Positions 1 through 9,803 are shown, counted from the stretch's first letter. The stretch: 64,000 nucleotides of DNA from Spirobacillus cienkowskii (GCF_037081835.1 NZ_CP146516.1:2109577-2173576), one strand, 5' to 3'. Numbers and translations: made by a program. Notes: a model not told the origin generated them from the sequence alone.

Positions 1-95
1 CGTTATATTGGATCATTCTGCTAATGATACCGGCTATTTTTTTTTAATTATAGCGTAGTTTCTTTAATTTATAATAATTATGGAGAAAATTCAAA

Positions 96-1631
96 ATGTG
101 GCCACTTTCTGGAAAAGAAATTTATCGAGCCATTACTCATGATGAAAATAGTTTAAATGTGTTTGACAATTGTATAATACTTGGAGTTTCTAGCGACAGT
201 CGAAAAATTACACCAAATAATCTATTTGTTGCAATTCAAGGTGAACAATATGATGGACACGCTTATTTAGCAGAATGTTTTGAAAAGGGTGTGCAAATTG
301 CTTTAGTTCACAAAGATTCCGAATTTATTAAAAAGCTATCACCAGAAAATCAAAAAAAATGTATCCAAGTAGAAAATGTCATAGATAAATTTAGAAATTT
401 TGCAAAATTTATGCGCAGTAGATTTGATTTTCCTGTCATTGCCGTTGCTGGAAGTAATGGCAAAACAACTACAAAAGAAATGATTTTTAGTTTGTTAAAT
501 AGCGAAACAGAAAAAGTCACTAAAACCGAAAAAAGCGAAAATGGCTTTTTAGGAATGGCATTAACTCTTTGTCAAGAAGCTCACAATATCAGCTCTCCTC
601 CGCATGCCCTAATTCTAGAAATTGGAATTGATGAAGTTGGCGCTATGGCACAACATGTGTCACTCAGCACACCTCATATTTCTTTAATTACTGCATTAGG
701 ACCAGAGCATCTTGAACGATTGATTGATTGGGACACAGCAGCCTCAGAAGAACTTATTTTATTTCAAAACCTGAATTCTAAAAAAATTTGGCAACTTAGT
801 GACCAAAAATTGCTTACAGAATTTAATCACCAAATTGAAAAAAATTCTTGTAATGACAAAAATGCAATTTCTACAATTAATGATTATATTATTATCGAAA
901 AAAATAATTTTGAAAAAATTGAGAATAAAGACAAATTATTAAATTTTGTAAAAAAAATTATTATTTGGGAATTAACTCAATCATCTAGTTTTGATAACAC
1001 AGTTAAATTTGAAATTCTACCAAAAGAAAATCATTACAAAAATTGTGAATTTAAAATATTGATGCCCAGCATTCATAACGTGACAAATTTTGCATTAGCA
1101 TTTTCTGTCGCTATAATGCTTAATAAATCGATAAATTATATACAAGAGTGCTGGAAAAACTTTACAATACCGCCAATGCGCTCAAATATTAAAAAATTAA
1201 AAAATGGCAATATCTTATTTGATGATACATATAACTCAAGCCCTATGAGCCTTGAAGCCGCTCTGCACTTTTTTGATAATAAAGATTTTTACAATAAAGA
1301 AAAACTTATTATTCTTGGCGATATGCTAGAGCTTGGAACTGAGTCAAAATACTGGCATGAAAAAATTTTTTATTCGCTTAAAAATTTACAGAACTCCTAC
1401 TTGTGCCTATACGGCTCTGGAATGTATGATTGTTATAAGCTTCTTAAAAATATAGAAGATGAGCTAATTTCTCTTAATAATACTAAGATTTATTGGCTTG
1501 CAAAATCTGAAGATCCCAATAAGTTTTTAAGTGAAATTAAAGTAAATCTTTTAGATTTTTTAATCCTTGTTAAAGGAAGCCGGGGCATGAAACTTGATAG
1601 GATAGTAAAAACAATAGAAAAAAATTTTTGA
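96..1631 (+). CDS. murF: UDP-N-acetylmuramoyl-tripeptide--D-alanyl-D-alanine ligase (MurF), with a lineage-specific N/K-rich insertion
   Basis: Mur ligase P-loop GSNGKTTTKEM. C-terminal MurF-type motif ILGDMLELG...H. 511 aa ORF. GGAG RBS upstream of the ATG at 96. Confidence 0.8.
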   Translation: MWPLSGKEIYRAITHDENSLNVFDNCIILGVSSDSRKITPNNLFVAIQGEQYDGHAYLAECFEKGVQIALVHKDSEFIKKLSPENQKKCIQVENVIDKFRNFAKFMRSRFDFPVIAVAGSNGKTTTKEMIFSLLNSETEKVTKTEKSENGFLGMALTLCQEAHNISSPPHALILEIGIDEVGAMAQHVSLSTPHISLITALGPEHLERLIDWDTAASEELILFQNLNSKKIWQLSDQKLLTEFNHQIEKNSCNDKNAISTINDYIIIEKNNFEKIENKDKLLNFVKKIIIWELTQSSSFDNTVKFEILPKENHYKNCEFKILMPSIHNVTNFALAFSVAIMLNKSINYIQECWKNFTIPPMRSNIKKLKNGNILFDDTYNSSPMSLEAALHFFDNKDFYNKEKLIILGDMLELGTESKYWHEKIFYSLKNLQNSYLCLYGSGMYDCYKLLKNIEDELISLNNTKIYWLAKSEDPNKFLSEIKVNLLDFLILVKGSRGMKLDRIVKTIEKNF

Positions 1632-1684
1632 TTATACTGCACTCTATCTAACATACGCAGTTTTGAATTTCGGGAGGTGTATTT

Positions 1685-1969
1685 ATGCGACCTGAAGTAC
1701 TTCAAAATGAACTATTAAAAATTCTTGAAGGCTCTTTTACCGAAAGATCATCTCATAACAAAGATGATTTTGTTCTTTCTCTCAACGAAGATCAAATGTT
1801 TAAGCTATGGAATATACTAGGAGAAGAACTTGGGATTGATCTTTCTCTCGCAACAGCAGATCAAAGAAAACTTTTGTTTGAATCGTGCGAAAATGGCAAA
1901 CACATTGCTGCAAGAGATTTTAGTTCATTGCTGTGGTTAGTTTATTACAGTGATGCGGCGTATCAATAG
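1685..1969 (+). CDS. hypothetical small protein (94 aa) between murF and the PBP gene
   Basis: ORF with a strong GGAGG RBS 7 nt upstream of the ATG. No recognisable motif and no TM segment, so it is not FtsL-like. Confidence 0.4.
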   Translation: MRPEVLQNELLKILEGSFTERSSHNKDDFVLSLNEDQMFKLWNILGEELGIDLSLATADQRKLLFESCENGKHIAARDFSSLLWLVYYSDAAYQ

Positions 1970-2261
1970 CTCATTTTAATATTTTCCTTTACATTTTTTA
2001 AATTTTTAGAATATTATGTATTTTTAAATATTTTTAATTTGATCTATTAAAATTAAACAGTTAAAAATATTTTTTAACTTTAAAATTGAAAAAAAGATTT
2101 TAATCGGTTACAGCTATCTTTTGTTATTAAGCACTTAGTTTTCTAAGATAAATTTATATTTTAGAAAAAAGAATTGCATTTTTTAAAAACCATCCGGTTT
2201 TATATAAAATTAAAAATTATAAATTAAATGAGCTGCTTAAATAATAAACGAAAGTATAAAA

Positions 2262-4076
2262 ATGAAGAATTATCGTCACAACACATCTCTACTTAAAAAA
2301 ATTAAAAATTATTTTGACCCTCGTAATATCAAATCAACTGCAAATTTTCAAAAAAGAGCATATGTTATGAGTGCTATTTTTTTTGTCGCACTCATTTGCA
2401 TTTTAATTAGGTATGCATGGCTGACTTTTTTTCCAACTTCAATTAGAACAAAACTCATTGCAACAGGTTCAAAACAATTTGAAACTAGTATAAATTTATC
2501 AAATCCTAGAGCAACAATCACCGACCGCAACGGAAAAGTTCTTGCCGTAAGCGTGCCGAGCACAAGCATTTTTTTGTTAACTAAAAAAATGCCGAAAGAT
2601 AAAGAAACACTTGAAAAAGTTTCTAAACAACTAAAAATTCCTCTGCAAGAATTATTAAGTTACCGTAATGAAAAAAAAAGTTTTATTTGGATTAAACGTC
2701 AAATGACGCAGAGTGAGTTTCAAAAAATTGGATCGTTAAAAAAATGGAAACACTTTATAGATACTGTTGATGAGCCCAAACGCGTTTACCCAGAAAAAGA
2801 CCTTGCTGCACATCTTATTGGTTTTGTAGGATCAGACGGACAAGGACTAGAAGGTATAGAAAAAGTTTACAACTCAAGACTGAGCGCAAAAGCAATTAAA
2901 GTTGATGTTGCACGAGACGCCATGGGCAGAACCTTTGTTTTAGCTCCCAATGATGCTTCAAAACCTGCACAACATATTCCGCAACTAAACTTGTCAATTG
3001 ATATTTCAATTCAACAATTTGCACAACATTCATTACGCGAAGGTGTCATACGCTCCAAAGCAAAAGGCGGAAGCGTAATTGTTGTCGATGTCACCACCGG
3101 AGAACTCCTTGCAGTGGCAAGTTACCCAACCTACAACCTAAATACTCCTCCACAAAACGATCCCGAAGCAAGACGCTTTCGTCCTGTGATGGACGCAATC
3201 GAATTAGGCTCTGTGGCAAAACCGATGTGGATTGCCAAAGCTCTTGATCTTGGGCTGATTTCTCCGAGCACACGCTTTGATGTGACAGGAGGAAAAATGG
3301 CAGTACCGGGTGGTTTTATTCGCGACGATCACCCCATGAAAATATTAGATACTCAAGGAGTTTTAAGATATAGTAGCAACATTGGTATGTATAAAATCTC
3401 TCAAAAAGCAGGACGAGAAAAATTTTATGATTCACTTATGAAAGTGGGGTTTGGTCGCTCGCCTGGCACAGGGTTTCCTGGCGAATGGAAGGGACGAATT
3501 CATAGGCCAGAAACCTGGAGCGAAATGCGTTTTGCAAATATGTCTTTTGGCCAAGGTTTTGCCATATCACCATTACAGCTTGCGCATGCTTTATCAATTA
3601 TTACTGGAGGGGGCGTGGATAGAGGAATCAATCTACTAAAGCGCGAAAATTACTCTTCAGAAGAAACAGAAGTTGGTCCTCCACTTCAATTTATCTCCCC
3701 AAAAACGAGTAAAGTTATTGCCAGAATGATGGGTAACGTTACAGAAGAAAGTAACGCAGGAAGAATTCCTGGAGTATTTGTTGGTGGCAAAACGGGAACG
3801 GCACAAATTTGGTCAAAAAAAGATAAAGCCTATTCAGAGCGCACAGCCGTTTTTGAAGGAATTATTCCTGCAAACAATCCAAAGCTCGCAATCATTGTTG
3901 TTCTTGACGAAGTGAAAGTACGCCCCGCATATGGCGCACTACTGGCAGGACCCGTGTTTTCTGATATTGGCAAAAAAACAGTTCACTACTTAAACTCGCA
4001 AGGAATATTTAATGTTGAACCATTCACCAATGCCTATCTAGATAAAAATATAGACAAAAATACACCTATTCAATAG
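2262..4076 (+). CDS. ftsI: class B penicillin-binding protein transpeptidase (FtsI/PBP3-like; PBP2 not excluded)
   Basis: N-terminal TM anchor. Transpeptidase motifs SxxK (SVAK), SxN (SSN) and KTG (GKTGTA). Adjacent to murF. Confidence 0.75.
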   Translation: MKNYRHNTSLLKKIKNYFDPRNIKSTANFQKRAYVMSAIFFVALICILIRYAWLTFFPTSIRTKLIATGSKQFETSINLSNPRATITDRNGKVLAVSVPSTSIFLLTKKMPKDKETLEKVSKQLKIPLQELLSYRNEKKSFIWIKRQMTQSEFQKIGSLKKWKHFIDTVDEPKRVYPEKDLAAHLIGFVGSDGQGLEGIEKVYNSRLSAKAIKVDVARDAMGRTFVLAPNDASKPAQHIPQLNLSIDISIQQFAQHSLREGVIRSKAKGGSVIVVDVTTGELLAVASYPTYNLNTPPQNDPEARRFRPVMDAIELGSVAKPMWIAKALDLGLISPSTRFDVTGGKMAVPGGFIRDDHPMKILDTQGVLRYSSNIGMYKISQKAGREKFYDSLMKVGFGRSPGTGFPGEWKGRIHRPETWSEMRFANMSFGQGFAISPLQLAHALSIITGGGVDRGINLLKRENYSSEETEVGPPLQFISPKTSKVIARMMGNVTEESNAGRIPGVFVGGKTGTAQIWSKKDKAYSERTAVFEGIIPANNPKLAIIVVLDEVKVRPAYGALLAGPVFSDIGKKTVHYLNSQGIFNVEPFTNAYLDKNIDKNTPIQ

Positions 4077-4157
4077 CTTGACTTTGATATATCAATTATG
4101 CATAGATACCTAGCCACAGTCAACTTTTAAGGCTGATTAAGCTTTAAGTTTAAATAA

Positions 4158-4232
4158 GGACTCATAGTGAAGTGGATATCACGCAGGCCTCCGAAGCCTG
4201 AAGCGCAAGTTCGATTCTTGCTGGGTCTGCCA
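4158..4232 (+). tRNA. tRNA-Arg (anticodon CCG), 75 nt with encoded CCA
   Basis: Manual cloverleaf. Acceptor GGACTCA/TGGGTCT, which has two G-U pairs including 1:72. D-stem GTGA/TCAC. Anticodon stem CAGGC/GCCTG with loop CTCCGAA (U33 and A37 present). T-stem GCAAG/CTTGC with T-loop TTCGATT. Discriminator G, then CCA. Confidence 0.6.
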
Positions 4233-4242
4233 TTTAGATGTA
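4208..4242. repeat. left copy of an imperfect direct repeat (tRNA 3' half plus 10 nt downstream); att-like
   Basis: agttcgattcttgc[tgggtc]tgccatttagatgta here, against agttcgattcttgc[ccagcc]tgccatttagatgta at 6702-6735. 14 + 15 identical nt around a 6-nt divergent core. Confidence 0.7.
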
Positions 4243-4402
4243 TTTTTACTTTCTCTGTTTTTTGTTAAATAATTAATCTTTTTACCTAATATAGAGTTTC
4301 TGTTAAGATATAACTATTTTAAATCTCTGAATCAATAAATTCACTTCAAAAACTATTATAGTTTTTCATTCAATATTTCATTTGCAAAGTAATCACTCAA
4401 AA

Positions 4403-5692
4403 TTAGTCAAAGGAAATAGATTTTTTATAGATTTTTTTTTCTTCAATACTATTCATTAACGCAATTAAGCTTCTTCCAACTGCATGGGATAAATTCACTG
4501 GTACAGCATTACCAATTTGTTTATATTGACTATTTATAAATCCAACAAAACTCCAAGCATCAGGAAAAGTTTGAATTCTAGCATATTCTCTGACTGTTAA
4601 TGGTCTAGTTTCTTCAGGATGACAACGTTCAGTCTGATTCTGAGCAGGAGCACAGGTAAGAGTTAAACTCGGCTCATCCCAAGAAAGCCTACGAGCCATA
4701 CCAGTTTTACCTCCTCCAAGAAAATAACTTTTTTTCATGTACTCTCGTTGTATTTTATCTGGTAAATCTTTCCAATATCCTCCTTGAGGAACTAAAGACA
4801 TTATTTCTTTTTTTCTTTTCACATAAACTTGTCCTTCTGAGTTGGGCACATCAGAATCAAATAATTCACCTGCTTTTAGCGCATCTTTTAATGTAAAAAT
4901 TTTTTTATAAGGTGCTGGCCAAGAAAATTTTGAATATTTAAAAAGATCATTCCTAATTCCAACTAAAAATAAACGTTCCCTTTTTTGAGGAACTTGATAA
5001 AAGATAGCTTTCAACACGTGTGGTTCAATTAATGTATAACCCAATTCGTGTATTATTGATTTCATAGAGGCAAGGGTTCTACCTTCATCATGCTCTAACA
5101 AGCCTCTAACATTTTCCCCCAAAAAAACCTTTGGTTTTATTTCTTTAATTGCTCTTGCAAATTCAAAAAATAATGTTCCTCTTGCATCTTCAAAACCAAG
5201 TTTATTTCCGGCATAAGAAAAAGCTTGGCAGGGAAATCCACCAGATACAAAGTCAATATTATTAAATTTAGTAAAATCTACATTTTTAATATCACCTTCT
5301 ATAACATTCCAACTAGGTCTATTAAACCGAAGAGTTTTACAGGAGTCTTTGTCTACTTCATTTACAGCAATTGTGGTAAATCCAGCTTTTTCCAATCCAA
5401 TCGCTAAACCTCCCGCACCAGCAAATAGTTCAATAGATTGATAAGGTCTTAATGGCTTTATTTTTAATTCCTTATCCCAATTTGAATATGCCATTTCTTT
5501 AAATATTTTAAATTCATCAAGCTCTGATAAATTTGATATACTATATTCTTTTCTGCCAGTTATAGGGTTTTTAACTGGTTTGATTTTTTCGTTTTTTTCC
5601 CACTTTGATATTGTAGATTTAGATACAGAAATAATATCCGCAAATAATTCTGCTGAAATTGTGTTATCGTTATTGCTGAATATTGAGACCAT
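4403..5692 (-). CDS. DNA (cytosine-5)-methyltransferase with an N-terminal HTH domain
   Basis: Motif I FAGAGG; motif IV GFPCQAFSYAG; motif VI GENVRGL; motif VIII QKRERLF; motif X GNAVPV. N-terminal ~60 aa is HTH-like (ISVSKSTISKWEK). The probable true start is the ATG at 5692 (MVSIF), which has an AAGGA RBS. The ORF track extends to 5716. Confidence 0.85.
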   Translation of the reverse strand: MVSIFSNNDNTISAELFADIISVSKSTISKWEKNEKIKPVKNPITGRKEYSISNLSELDEFKIFKEMAYSNWDKELKIKPLRPYQSIELFAGAGGLAIGLEKAGFTTIAVNEVDKDSCKTLRFNRPSWNVIEGDIKNVDFTKFNNIDFVSGGFPCQAFSYAGNKLGFEDARGTLFFEFARAIKEIKPKVFLGENVRGLLEHDEGRTLASMKSIIHELGYTLIEPHVLKAIFYQVPQKRERLFLVGIRNDLFKYSKFSWPAPYKKIFTLKDALKAGELFDSDVPNSEGQVYVKRKKEIMSLVPQGGYWKDLPDKIQREYMKKSYFLGGGKTGMARRLSWDEPSLTLTCAPAQNQTERCHPEETRPLTVREYARIQTFPDAWSFVGFINSQYKQIGNAVPVNLSHAVGRSLIALMNSIEEKKIYKKSISFD

Positions 5693-6431
5693 TTTTAAAT
5701 CCTTCATACTTTTCAAAAGTCAGTAAATATATACTTTTTAATAAGTGCTTATCAAGTTTATTTAAATTATCAAATATTTCATTTGAAGCTTTTACAGGAT
5801 TTTCATTATTTACGACATCATCTATAATTATAGGTATTTTTTCACATAATTTTTTAAAGGCAAATTTGTCTCCAGTAACAATTTCATAAAATCTATCCAT
5901 AGATACTTTCCTTATGCGAGGATCGCATACCTTGACTTCGTCAATGGTAGTCTCCCAAGGTATATTTTGACTTTTTTTGGCAATAACTTCAACCAAAAAA
6001 CTGGTAGCATTAGGATTTTTCAAAATTGCGCTTTGTAATTTGATATATACGCTTTTAGCTCCTCCAGAGTTCATTGTATTATGCTTATTTTTTATTTCTA
6101 CATAATAATGTTTATCTTTATTAATTACATCAAAACCTGCTTTTGGAACTTCCCAACCACTAAAAAATTTAAAGATATTTTGATGAAAATATCCTATTTG
6201 ATTGCTATTAGATTTATCAATCTGCCTTATTACTTCTTGCTCAATTAAGTCTTTTATCGGCATTCTATAAATTTTAGCATCGAAGGTCAATTTTATTGGA
6301 TCTACTAAATTACTATTAAATTTATAAAAATCTATTGTGAGTCTATAATCCAAAACTGTTTTTTTTACATGATTGTAAATATCCTCATCGCTAATAAAAC
6401 CCAGATTATACTCTTTTTTTTGTATTTTCAT
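5670..6431 (-). CDS. putative restriction endonuclease (PD-(D/E)XK-like), partner of the C5-MTase
   Basis: 253-aa ORF immediately upstream and co-directional with the MTase, overlapping it. Candidate catalytic motif FDV...(x11)...VEIKNK, which reads as D...ExK. Unknown family. Confidence 0.45.
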   Translation of the reverse strand: MKIQKKEYNLGFISDEDIYNHVKKTVLDYRLTIDFYKFNSNLVDPIKLTFDAKIYRMPIKDLIEQEVIRQIDKSNSNQIGYFHQNIFKFFSGWEVPKAGFDVINKDKHYYVEIKNKHNTMNSGGAKSVYIKLQSAILKNPNATSFLVEVIAKKSQNIPWETTIDEVKVCDPRIRKVSMDRFYEIVTGDKFAFKKLCEKIPIIIDDVVNNENPVKASNEIFDNLNKLDKHLLKSIYLLTFEKYEGFKNGLNIQQ

Positions 6432-6701
6432 TTTTTACCTTTTTCAATCCTTTGAAAAGTTAAATATCACTTCATGGTGGGCTATATACTAGAAGTGTCT
6501 ATTTATTGCAAAAAATAATAAATTTTAAATTCAATAAACTCTACCAACCATACCGTACTAGCTCCACAAAAAATTTTGTAATCCCAAATTCATTGCTTAA
6601 CAGATTGGCAGGTTTTTTACTCGTTTGAGGTGTCTAAATTGATATTATAAAATATTAAAATCAAATAAATTTTAAGCAAAAAGAAAAAATGAGACAAAGT
6701 C

Positions 6702-6735
6702 AGTTCGATTCTTGCCCAGCCTGCCATTTAGATGT
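6702..6735. repeat. right copy of the direct repeat (partial tRNA 3' end; cannot fold as a T-arm); attR-like remnant
   Basis: See the left copy. The upstream sequence does not complete a tRNA. Confidence 0.7.
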
Positions 6736-6843
6736 ACTTTTATTCCTTTTCATTTTAAAGAAAGATACAAAATTATGCAAATTTATAATCCACTCTATTT
6801 ATAACTAAATATAAATAATATTTTTTATATAAAGAAAATTTAA

Positions 6844-7343
6844 ATGGATGATTTTATAATAAAAGAGCTAAAAATATTTCAACTAAATGAATTTAAAAAA
6901 TTATTATCAACAGTTTTTTATTATGAAAAAACTAATACTTATAAATATTATTTAAGTTTATTTCCTATTTTCTTGCAAAAAATAATTAGAATGTTTGGAC
7001 ATGTTAGATATTCTAAATATTGGGTCGCCTTAAATAACAAAAAAGAGATAGTGGGTATTATTGGGATTTATTTTAGAAATTGCGACACAAAAGATGTCCT
7101 ATGGGTTAGTTGGTTTTGTGTCGAAAAAAATATAGAAGAAAAGGAATTGGAGGAATACTTTTAAATCATGTAATTTTATTTGCTAAAGAAAATAATAAAA
7201 CAAAATTTAAGATATATACTTCAAATCATGATAACGAAAAAAATGCACAGTATTTATATGAAAAATTTGGATTCTTGGTAATAGAAAAAAAAGAATTTGA
7301 ATCTGGATATGTTAAAATATATAGAGAAAAAAAAATTAACTAA
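6844..7343 (+). pseudogene. GNAT family N-acetyltransferase disrupted by a frameshift in an A7 homopolymer
   Basis: Two overlapping ORFs (6844-7164 and 7110-7343). The second contains GNAT motif A (RRKGIGGILL). The frames meet at gtcgaaaaaaatatag. Confidence 0.55.
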
Positions 7344-7403
7344 TTTTTTTCATCCTCAAAAATTTGAGTACCAATGAATTTTAAAAATTCAGGAAAAATT
7401 CGT

Positions 7404-7736
7404 TTAAATTCCTTTAATTATTTTTTTTCTTTTTTTAAAACTAATCTCTAAATCACATTCCATCAACTCTGCTATTTGCGACATGGTCATAAGTGAAATG
7501 TTCTCTGTCTCATCCATCAGTCTATTGTATTGTCTGTTTGAAATATCAATTTCTCTACAAAATTGGTTCACTTCGATTTTATTTTTATTTCTAAATTTTG
7601 TAACATTTTTAATAATTTCAAGTTTATTTTTAGTAAATAAATCTTTTATTATCTTCCATTTTTCATCATATATTTTGTCTGTCTTGTGCTCAATTAAAGA
7701 AAACGATTTAGTTTTATTTTTTTTAGTATTACTCAT
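7404..7736 (-). CDS. small XRE-family HTH protein (110 aa)
   Basis: C-terminal HTH-like segment FCREIDISNRQYNRLMDETENISLMTMSQIAELMECDL. A 42-aa ORF (about 7960-7835, minus strand) lies upstream on the same strand. Confidence 0.4.
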   Translation of the reverse strand: MSNTKKNKTKSFSLIEHKTDKIYDEKWKIIKDLFTKNKLEIIKNVTKFRNKNKIEVNQFCREIDISNRQYNRLMDETENISLMTMSQIAELMECDLEISFKKRKKIIKGI

Positions 7737-8236
7737 AAAAAATTCTGCTTTTTTTATATTGACACTCTGAATTAAAATACCTATTTTAAATTAATTTTTC
7801 ATGATATATTTCTGTTATCACATTTAAAACCCTACGTAGTATTTTTTCATTTTTCCATTTTATTTCTTACTTTCTCAGAAATTGATAAAATAATTTTTGC
7901 TCTTAATTTAGCTTTTTTCTTAGCATTACTTAATTCTTCTTCTGTGTAAAACTTTTCCATTAATTTATCGAATTTTATTGTTTTTTTTGTCTTCACTTTT
8001 TATCTCATTAAGTCTATTAATTTATCTCCACTATTTAATAATAAAAGAGGGAGAAAATTCAAGTTTCTTAGTTTATGATTATAACTATACCCCTTATAAT
8101 CAAAATTGTACAATTTTGATTATAAGGGGTCAAGGGAAAATCAACAAACAGAATAATGACTGTAGCCAAAACCTAATCTTACAAAAAATATCTCATTTTC
8201 CACAAACTCTAACAAAAATATCATGATTAATGATAC

Positions 8237-9577
8237 TTATTTAAGAGTCTCAACATTTAAATTTGTATTCAATGAAACAGAAATAACATATTCGTTGTTT
8301 AAATATTTTTTATTCACCCAATTTTCAAAATCTTTAATATCAAAGTCTTTTGCTAATTGATTTATTTTACCTTGATCATAAATATTATTTTCACCAAGCA
8401 TTACATTATAATATAGATAATCAAGTTTCTTATCATTATCAAATAAATAATACTCTTCATCAATTTTTTGTTCTGCATTTAATACATTGCTAACTGATTG
8501 CTTAACAATTTCATTAAAATTTTCATTGTTATCTTTTAAATTCATAATACTAAACGAATCTAAAAAATAATTGTTACTAGGAAAATCCATGTTTTCAATC
8601 ATAATAATTTTATGCTTATCATTTTTTGCATATATAGAATAATTATTTGAAATAGCTTTACTTAAAACTGATCTGTAGATAATATCTTTTGCAGTGTAAT
8701 TAAAATTTGGAAATAATTTTATATCTAAATTCATTTTACTAATTTTTTTATCTTTTACCTCACAAGAAATATCTTGATTTACCAAATTTAGCCCAGCTAA
8801 TACAAGTTTTTTTACATCGACATAAGGAACAGGAGAACCATTGGGCAAAACATCGACAAACTTTGACAGCTTGTTAGCGATAAATTCTGGTTTTAGTTTA
8901 CTTTCAACAATAATAATAATATTATTAGAAGTAAAAAATTTAGAATAATATTCTTTTACTTTTTTATTATTAACACGCAAAATCTCTTCATTTGGGTCTC
9001 TTTCTATTAGTTTTTTATCTTTTAAACATTTAAAAAAACTTAAAAAAAAGCTATTATTAAACTTTAAATCCATATAATTTCGTACATCATTTTTTGCTTT
9101 TTCAATACCAGAATTTGACAAATCTGGGTTTTTAATTGCCTGAAATGCATTGCTAATTACAAAATCAAATTTTTCTGGATCAAACTCATACGAAAATTTT
9201 ATGTAATTGAACGTTTGAAAAAGTTCATCATTTGCTACATAAAAATCATTTAATTTAGAAGATGACTTACTATTTAAAAAGATTTTCTCTGACAAATATG
9301 GATTTAAGGGAATAGCATACACTTTTTCTAATTCTCTACTATTTCCAGCATTGACTAAAATATTTAAAATAACCTCATCAGTCTCTCCTTCAAGGACAAC
9401 CAATTTTAAACCATTTTTAAATTTATATTTGTAAAACGACTGATTTTCATCATTATAAAAACTATCTTTACCAATAAATTCGAAAAGATTATTTTTTTTT
9501 CCCTGATTTGCTTTAACAGAAAGGTTAAAGAACATAAATAATAAAGTTATTAAAATAATACGCACAAAAATCTCCAT
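8237..9577 (-). CDS. secreted M16 (pitrilysin)-like protein lacking the HxxEH zinc motif; probable non-catalytic homologue
   Basis: Signal-peptide-like N-terminus. The segment FKNGLKLVVLEGETDEVILNILVNAGNSRE resembles the M16 N-terminal domain, but there is no HxxEH. The first ATG is at 9577. Confidence 0.3.
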   Translation of the reverse strand: MEIFVRIILITLLFMFFNLSVKANQGKKNNLFEFIGKDSFYNDENQSFYKYKFKNGLKLVVLEGETDEVILNILVNAGNSRELEKVYAIPLNPYLSEKIFLNSKSSSKLNDFYVANDELFQTFNYIKFSYEFDPEKFDFVISNAFQAIKNPDLSNSGIEKAKNDVRNYMDLKFNNSFFLSFFKCLKDKKLIERDPNEEILRVNNKKVKEYYSKFFTSNNIIIIVESKLKPEFIANKLSKFVDVLPNGSPVPYVDVKKLVLAGLNLVNQDISCEVKDKKISKMNLDIKLFPNFNYTAKDIIYRSVLSKAISNNYSIYAKNDKHKIIMIENMDFPSNNYFLDSFSIMNLKDNNENFNEIVKQSVSNVLNAEQKIDEEYYLFDNDKKLDYLYYNVMLGENNIYDQGKINQLAKDFDIKDFENWVNKKYLNNEYVISVSLNTNLNVETLK

Positions 9578-9803
9578 GTAAAAATAGTTAAAATACAACC
9601 TTGATATAAATACAGAAGTTTTTATATATTTTCAATTTTTATAATTTAAATATTTTTTTAGATTATAAAATATTTTTTACCATAACCATCATTTATGTGT
9701 TTTAACTTTGACATTAAATTAAAAAAAAATTATATTAAAAATTAAGCAAAAAATAAAATAAATTTTCTTGCTTAATTTTTAACAAATAAATAAAGAGAAT
9801 GTC

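Larger units (their letters stand above)
4233..6735. mobile_element. small genomic islet inserted at the 3' end of tRNA-Arg, carrying a Type II-like restriction-modification gene pair; no integrase present (remnant)
   Basis: Bounded by the tRNA 3' end and its 35-bp imperfect direct repeat. The cargo is a C5-MTase plus a PD-(D/E)XK ORF with a 23-nt overlap. Confidence 0.45.

Noticed and set aside
5670-5716. Apparent 47-nt overlap of the REase and MTase ORFs, suggesting translational fusion
   Set aside because: The MTase more likely starts at the internal ATG at 5692 (AAGGA RBS). That leaves an ordinary 23-nt overlap between adjacent operon genes.
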